Assembly: GCA_037443365.1 (NCBI GenBank)
Contig: JBBIOM010000024.1
Span: forward strand, 1-30,276
Length of the DNA stretch: 30,276 bases
Direction: 5' to 3'
Source: Armatimonadota bacterium
Lineage (GTDB): Bacteria > Sysuimicrobiota > Sysuimicrobiia > Sysuimicrobiales > Humicultoraceae
A model generated the notes under the pieces. The model saw nothing but the letters and a program-made list of their open reading frames with translations, did not search any database and was not told where the DNA came from. The position numbers were made by a program, and so were the translations under genes. Below, one piece after another: positions 27,840 to 30,276 of the stretch. The stretch's first letter is position 1. Every line of letters begins with the position of its first letter.

Positions 27840-28937
27840 CTACGGTCGGACCATGCACCGGAACCCTACCTCGCGCCAGGGGAATCCTGGCAGCAGCGCG
27901 ACCGGGGCGTAGCGTGTCTCCTCGGCCATCTGTTCCAGCCGCCTGATGCGCTCCACCGTGGGAGGGTGCGTTGACAGGTAGGCTGCCACAGGAGATGCCG
28001 TGACCCCATCCCGGTCGAGACGCCGCAGGAAGCCGATCATCCCGCCTGGGTCAATGCTCGCTGCCTGCAGCAGCGACATGCCGTCGCGGTCCGCAGCCTC
28101 CTCATCCTGGCGCCGGTAGCGCAGGGCGCCCAGCGTCCTAGCCGCCTCCAGCGCCTGGGCCAGCCCGCTGGCATCGCCCACGAGCAGGCCCAGCAGCGCG
28201 CGCGTCGAGATCTCCCTGAACAGCGAGCGGGTGCCGTGGCGGTGACGCACGTGCTGCATCTCGTGGGCCAGCACCCCGGCCATCTCCTCCGGGGACTGCG
28301 TCTTGCGCAGCAGCCCCAGGTGGATTATCAGGTATCCTCCAGGGGCCGCGAAGGCGTTGACCGAGGGCTCGTCCACGACGGTGATGCTGAAGGTGTAGGG
28401 AATCGCGGGGTCGGCGGTGGAAAGCCGGGACAGAATCTCTCCCAGGGCGGCGTCGCGCCGCGGATCGGCGCACCGCTTGCTGGGGGGCGCCACCGACTCC
28501 AGCACGGCCTGGCCCAGACGTTCCTCCAGGGCCCGTGGCACCGCACGGGCAGCCAGACCTGCCAGCGCGGGTATTCCCCACGCGTAGAGGACGAGCCCGG
28601 CCGCGACCGCGGCCGCTCCTGCGAGCAATACCAGGCGCATCCAGTGCCGCCGCCGGATTGGCGGAAGGAGGTGTCCCGCTGCCCTGGGCGCCAGCGCGCG
28701 GATCGCGTCGAGGAACGCCTCATCGGGGATAGCAAGCGCCTCGGGCGGTGGGGGGCCCCGTTCGATCCTGATCTGCTCCCCGGGCAGCGCGCCCTGCGCC
28801 AGGCGGAGATCCTCGTAAGGCCACCAGAGGAACGTGCCTTCCCCGGTGGCGAGGCGCAGGCCCGAGGCCATCACGCTGACCGCGACAGGCCTGCGAAGCG
28901 CGGTCTTTCCGTCGAAGTAGACGCCCGACCACGTCAT
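27840..28937 (-). CDS. M48 family zinc metallopeptidase with N-terminal YFDG domain and one TM helix
   Basis: VNAFAAPGG, VLAHEMQHV (HExxH), EEAADRDG, LSTHP; start ATG 28937 (or 28955). Confidence 0.9.
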   Translation of the reverse strand: MTWSGVYFDGKTALRRPVAVSVMASGLRLATGEGTFLWWPYEDLRLAQGALPGEQIRIERGPPPPEALAIPDEAFLDAIRALAPRAAGHLLPPIRRRHWMRLVLLAGAAAVAAGLVLYAWGIPALAGLAARAVPRALEERLGQAVLESVAPPSKRCADPRRDAALGEILSRLSTADPAIPYTFSITVVDEPSVNAFAAPGGYLIIHLGLLRKTQSPEEMAGVLAHEMQHVRHRHGTRSLFREISTRALLGLLVGDASGLAQALEAARTLGALRYRRQDEEAADRDGMSLLQAASIDPGGMIGFLRRLDRDGVTASPVAAYLSTHPPTVERIRRLEQMAEETRYAPVALLPGFPWREVGFRCMVRP

Positions 28938-28974
28938 GGCGAGGCGCGTCCGCATCGCCGGCCGGGCCGGGCTC

Positions 28975-29955
28975 CTACCAGGTCGGGGCCAGGCCGGGGA
29001 AGTCGATGCCCAGGAAGTCGGCTATCGCCTCACCCGTTGGCGAGGCCGGAAGGGCTTCCTGTCGGATCGCGTCCGTCCCCGCAAGGCCCTGGACGGCAAG
29101 CGCATCGCACAGGAAACGGATGTTGCGGGTCCGCACCCAGGGGAGCGCCAGCCCCAGCGTCACGACGAGCAGCAGCACGTTGCCGAGCGTGAGCCGGAAG
29201 AGCCGCCCGCCGGTGACGGCGCAGCGAAACCGCGCGCCGGCAAACGCTGTGCGCGCCCACATGTAGCGCATGCGGTGCGCGGCGAACCAGAACCAGTACA
29301 CCCCAAGCGTCAACGGCGTCAGCACGACCGCCAGTAGGAAGCGGCCGAACAGGTCGGCGCCGGTGCCATCGAACTCGAAGCGCGCAGTCCCGTAGTGGGT
29401 GTTCCCTATCAGGAACCGCCAGATGTTGTTGTAGAAGAACGGATAGTAAAGGCCCAGCGTGACAACGGTCAGCAGGGCTCCCGAGATGAACATCCTCACG
29501 AATGAGCCGGTCTGCCCGCGAAATGAGAACCTGATTCCCCGCCACGAGGCGCGGCTCAGGCGGTATCGCCGAGAACCGGCGATGGCCACCGGGACCACCA
29601 GGATCAGGACCGCGTAGATGAACAGCGTGGCCACCACGTCGGCGCCAGGCCGCGGTCCCGGGAGCATCAGCAGGACCAGGCCCGCGATCACCAGCACGAT
29701 CAGGCCCAGCGTCTTGAGGAATCCCACGAGCAGCTCTGCGCCCGTGCCGTGGTAGGCGAACCTGTCGCCGTCGAGTTCCATCTGGCTGTGGAGATAGCCC
29801 TGCACCCTCACCTTGCCCCAGAAGTAGTAGATCCCCAGGGTGACGATGCCAAGGAGCAGGTTGACGATGCTGATGCCGAAGAGGGTGCCGCCTTCGCCGT
29901 GGAAGGAGAGCTTCGCTTCCTGTACGCCTGCGGGCTCGACCTGCGCTGTTGTCAT
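28975..29955 (-). CDS. YjgN family (DUF898) membrane protein
   Basis: F.GEG, NLLLGIVTLGIYYFWGKVR, FAYHGTGAEL, WRGIRFSF and repeated TLG(L/V)Y.PW units. Confidence 0.88.
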   Translation of the reverse strand: MTTAQVEPAGVQEAKLSFHGEGGTLFGISIVNLLLGIVTLGIYYFWGKVRVQGYLHSQMELDGDRFAYHGTGAELLVGFLKTLGLIVLVIAGLVLLMLPGPRPGADVVATLFIYAVLILVVPVAIAGSRRYRLSRASWRGIRFSFRGQTGSFVRMFISGALLTVVTLGLYYPFFYNNIWRFLIGNTHYGTARFEFDGTGADLFGRFLLAVVLTPLTLGVYWFWFAAHRMRYMWARTAFAGARFRCAVTGGRLFRLTLGNVLLLVVTLGLALPWVRTRNIRFLCDALAVQGLAGTDAIRQEALPASPTGEAIADFLGIDFPGLAPTW

Positions 29956-29963
29956 GGCGCGCA

Positions 29964-29989
29964 GTTCGGCGGCCTGAGCGCCGTTCCCT
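29964..29989 (-). promoter_or_regulatory. Sigma-H-like promoter motif, probably leaderless
   Basis: AGGG(29989-29986)-N18-GAAC(29967-29964)-N8-ATG 29955; no Shine-Dalgarno sequence. Confidence 0.5.
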
Positions 29990-30037
29990 CTCGTCCCCGC
30001 AGGGTCACGGGGTGTTCAGGAATGCGGATCGCCGGGC

Positions 30038-30063
30038 AGGGGATTGCCGCGTCACGCAAGAAT
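30038..30063 (+). promoter_or_regulatory. Sigma-H-like promoter motif upstream of the ABC permease
   Basis: GCAGGG (AGGG 30038-30041)-N18-GAAT(30060-30063)-N11-ATG 30075. Confidence 0.5.
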
Positions 30064-30074
30064 CATCCCGGATC

Positions 30075-30276
30075 ATGCAGCGCTACCTCATCCGGCGGGC
30101 ACTTGTCACCGTGCCCATCCTGTTCGGGATCACCGTGATGAGCTACTTCATCATGTCGCTCACGCCCGGCGACCCGGTGCAGATGCTCATCAACCCCGGC
30201 ATGAGCGCTGCCGACGTCGAGATCAAGCGGCGCGCGCTGGGGTTGGACCAGCCCGTTCACGTGCGCTACGTGAAGT
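30075..30276 (+). CDS. Peptide/nickel ABC transporter permease (DppB/OppB/NikB type), runs off the right edge
   Basis: Manual translation: MQRYLIRRALVTVPILFGITVMSYFIMSLTPGDPVQMLINPGMSAADVEIKRRALGLDQPVHVRYVK, with the typical YLIRR, PGDP and LGLDQP..xY motifs. Confidence 0.9.
   Translation, partial: MQRYLIRRALVTVPILFGITVMSYFIMSLTPGDPVQMLINPGMSAADVEIKRRALGLDQPVHVRYVK

Noticed and set aside
30063..30260. 65-aa minus-strand ORF at the right edge
   Set aside because: Antisense to the clearly recognisable DppB/OppB permease start.

Overview
High-GC bacterial chromosomal window (about 70% GC by eye) with dense housekeeping and metabolic genes. I found no rRNA, tRNA, CRISPR array or mobile element. 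Left to right: a truncated ArsN-like GNAT and arsR with two matching operators; a minus-strand run of orphan ORF, mscS, NAD-dependent epimerase, GH57 branching enzyme, glgC and GH57/DUF3536; a divergent PGI/PMI and stand-alone MsmX/UgpC-type ATPase; a family III CoA-transferase and M29/NicX-like metalloenzyme divergent from a TAXI-TRAP transporter; an SPFH gene and a ROK kinase; accDABC; a 7Fe-type ferredoxin with a ~40-aa insertion; htrA, a 42-aa internally deleted glpX relic, nagZ, nagA and an MFS gene; DUF898 and an M48 peptidase; and the start of a DppB/OppB permease. The best signals not explained by ordinary annotation are: (1) a recurring AGG(A/G)-N17/18-GAA(T/C/G) sigma-H-like promoter motif before seven genes, three or four of them apparently leaderless; (2) the glpX mini-gene, which keeps the operon's start/stop overlaps; (3) the inserted ferredoxin; (4) the TAXI + M29-like + CoA-transferase module with a possibly structured leader. 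All protein calls come from motif recognition by eye; no database searches were run.
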